A stretch of 64,000 nt of DNA, from the NCBI GenBank assembly GCA_963784835.1, contig CAWASM010000005.1:70795-134794 (forward strand). Reading direction: 5' to 3'. The notes under the pieces were generated by a model, which did not search any database, had not been told where the DNA came from, and saw only the letters and a list, made by a program, of their open reading frames with translations. The DNA comes from an uncultured Actinomycetes bacterium. Lineage in GTDB: Bacteria; Actinomycetota; Thermoleophilia; RBG-16-64-13. The translations under genes were made by a program, and so were the position numbers. Positions within the stretch are counted from its first letter, which is position 1; each line of letters starts with the position of its first letter. Of the stretch, positions 62,641 to 64,000 are shown in pieces.

Positions 62641-63849
62641 ATGAGCGCTCCGCGGACGTTAGGGATCAATGGCCTGGGCCGCATCGGCAAGCTGACTCTC
62701 TGGTACCACCTGGGCCACGACAGTTTCGACCATTTCGTGGTGAACGTGGGACGGCCGGTGGGGACGTCACTGTACTCGGTGGCCGAGTACCTGGGCAAGG
62801 ACAGCACCTACGGACCGCTCCATCGCTACCTGGGCGGCCATCTGGCCAAGCCCGACATCCAGGTGATCGACGAGAACAAGGGCCTGATCCGTGCCCACGG
62901 CAAGGAGATCGTCTTTCTGCGCGAAGCCCGCAACCCCAAGGACATCCCCTGGCGGGACAACGGCGTGACCCTGGTGGTCGACGCCACCGGCAAGTTCCGC
63001 GACCCGCACGCCGAGGCTGACGACCCCAAGGGTGCGCTTCGCGGCCATCTGGCAGCCGGGGCAAGGGCGGTAGTGCAGAGTTCTCCGTTCAAGAGCAAAC
63101 GAGAAGGCGTCCCCATGCCCGCCGACTCGGCCATCCTTATCCAGGGGATCAACCACCTCGACTACGACCCCGGCACGCACAAGCTGGTCTCGGCTGCGTC
63201 GTGCACCACCACGGCCCTCGCCCACATGCTGAGGCCGCTGCTGGTGAGAGACCTCACCCATAACATGATCACCGCCGGGATGAGCACGGTGCACGCCGTG
63301 ACTTCCAGCCAGCCGATACTTGACACCGTGCCCGGGGCAGGCGCCACCGATCTTCGCAAGAGCCGGGCGGGCGCCAATAACGTGGTCATCACCTCCACCA
63401 ACGCCGCCAAGGCGCTGGAGCACGTGATGCCCGAGATCGCCGCCATCGGCTTCATGGCCGACTCGGTGCGCATACCAACTGCCAGCGTCAGCCTGGTCAT
63501 CCTCAACGTCACTTTCCAGACCGAGATGCTGCCCGACGGCACCGTCTCGGTAGACCGCGACAAGATCAACGCCATCTACAGGGAGGCCGCCGACGACGGG
63601 GCTCATTCACTGGTGAAGTACAGCGAAGACCAAAACGTGTCGGCAGACATCCTGGGCGAAGACGCGGCCGTGGTCATCGAGGCGGTCGAGACCCACACCC
63701 GCACCGGTTTCGTCGACCTCAAGCTTGACGGCGGCGTCCACCGCGTACCTCTCACGCATGTGAAGGTGTTTGGCTGGTACGACAACGAGTTGGGCAGCTA
63801 CACCCACCGGCTCGGTGAATTGACCACCCACGTGGCCCGCAGCCTGTAG
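62641..63849 (+). CDS. Divergent long-form GAPDH-family dehydrogenase
   Basis: GINGLGRIGKL (NAD-binding), the catalytic-Cys region SAASCTTTALAH, STVHAVTSSQ (catalytic-His region) and C-terminal WYDNELGY-like GWYDNELGSY. At 402 aa it carries insertions relative to classical Gap. Confidence 0.8.
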   Translation: MSAPRTLGINGLGRIGKLTLWYHLGHDSFDHFVVNVGRPVGTSLYSVAEYLGKDSTYGPLHRYLGGHLAKPDIQVIDENKGLIRAHGKEIVFLREARNPKDIPWRDNGVTLVVDATGKFRDPHAEADDPKGALRGHLAAGARAVVQSSPFKSKREGVPMPADSAILIQGINHLDYDPGTHKLVSAASCTTTALAHMLRPLLVRDLTHNMITAGMSTVHAVTSSQPILDTVPGAGATDLRKSRAGANNVVITSTNAAKALEHVMPEIAAIGFMADSVRIPTASVSLVILNVTFQTEMLPDGTVSVDRDKINAIYREAADDGAHSLVKYSEDQNVSADILGEDAAVVIEAVETHTRTGFVDLKLDGGVHRVPLTHVKVFGWYDNELGSYTHRLGELTTHVARSL

Positions 63850-63890
63850 CCCTAGTCCTCCGCGTTCACTAGCTCGGCTTCGAAGCGGGC

Positions 63891-63922
63891 GCCCGTCGGG
63901 GCGCCCGCTTCGTCTTCGCCGG
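63891..63922 (+). terminator. Perfect 14-bp GC-rich hairpin after the GAPDH-like gene
   Basis: cgaagcgggcgccc-gtcg-gggcgcccgcttcg followed by tcttc. Confidence 0.5.
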
Positions 63923-64000
63923 CTGGTTGGATGACGAGCCGCGCAACAGTGCGCGGGCGGCCGAAGCGCCGAGGTCCCGCAGCCCCGGGGTCTAGGTGCA

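Noticed and set aside
1-64000. CRISPR arrays, transposases, integrases, phage genes, toxin-antitoxin pairs, rRNA
   Set aside because: No spaced direct repeats, DDE/tyrosine-recombinase motifs or rRNA-like stretches were seen on either strand. The only repeats found are the tRNA fragment, the 12-mer and the in-frame tandem repeats listed above.

Overview
This is a high-GC (by eye about two-thirds G+C) bacterial chromosomal segment of about 60 genes. Gene content and signals look Actinomycetota-like and anaerobe-like: TAnnnT-type -10 boxes abutting start codons, OmpR/HK plus HtrA, a RipA-like NlpC/P60 protein, tungsten-type aldehyde:ferredoxin oxidoreductase and a PaaK-like ligase. No rRNA, CRISPR array, transposase or integrase was seen.

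Layout:
- 0-4.1 kb: P-type ATPase tail and a 7TM-PAS-GGDEF-EAL sensor.
- 4.2-11.8 kb: block bounded by a 25/26-nt direct repeat of the 3' end of tRNA-Arg(CCU). It carries an extracytoplasmic redox operon (Mo-oxidoreductase, FMN-binding protein, ApbE, NqrB/RnfD-FNR fusion, cupredoxin lipoprotein) plus ferritin-like, dioxygenase and VOC genes.
- 12-24 kb: housekeeping and envelope genes (nitroreductase, pcm, htrA, two-component system, uppP, bioY-birA, two tandem VanW paralogs).
- 24-29.6 kb: seven-gene class-III ABC importer operon with FmdE, DUF4213/DUF364, a THEP1/DUF2478-like NTPase and a ModE-like regulator, plus a ModE-box-like palindrome.
- 29.6-40 kb: best candidate for an undescribed system. 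It is a tightly packed zinc-ribbon-rich SPFH / DUF2207 / eRF1-like operon facing a DUF853/HerA-type ATPase.
- 40-64 kb: mscL, rlmKL, polX, a low-GC PQQ-propeller gene, an AOR-ferredoxin-MoaD-UbiX operon, nth, MFS, NlpC/P60, paaK-like, LOG, CNNM, an about 1400-aa PPDK-N/swivel-His protein with a large unknown N-terminal region, and a long-form GAPDH-like gene.

A dominant technical and biological feature is a very uneven scatter of single-base frame breaks, roughly 50-60 by manual count and often at C/G runs.

Typing rule used below: genes broken a few times are listed as CDS with the break noted. Genes broken many times are typed pseudogene, without implying that the decay is biological. All family calls rest on motif reading by eye, because no searches could be run.
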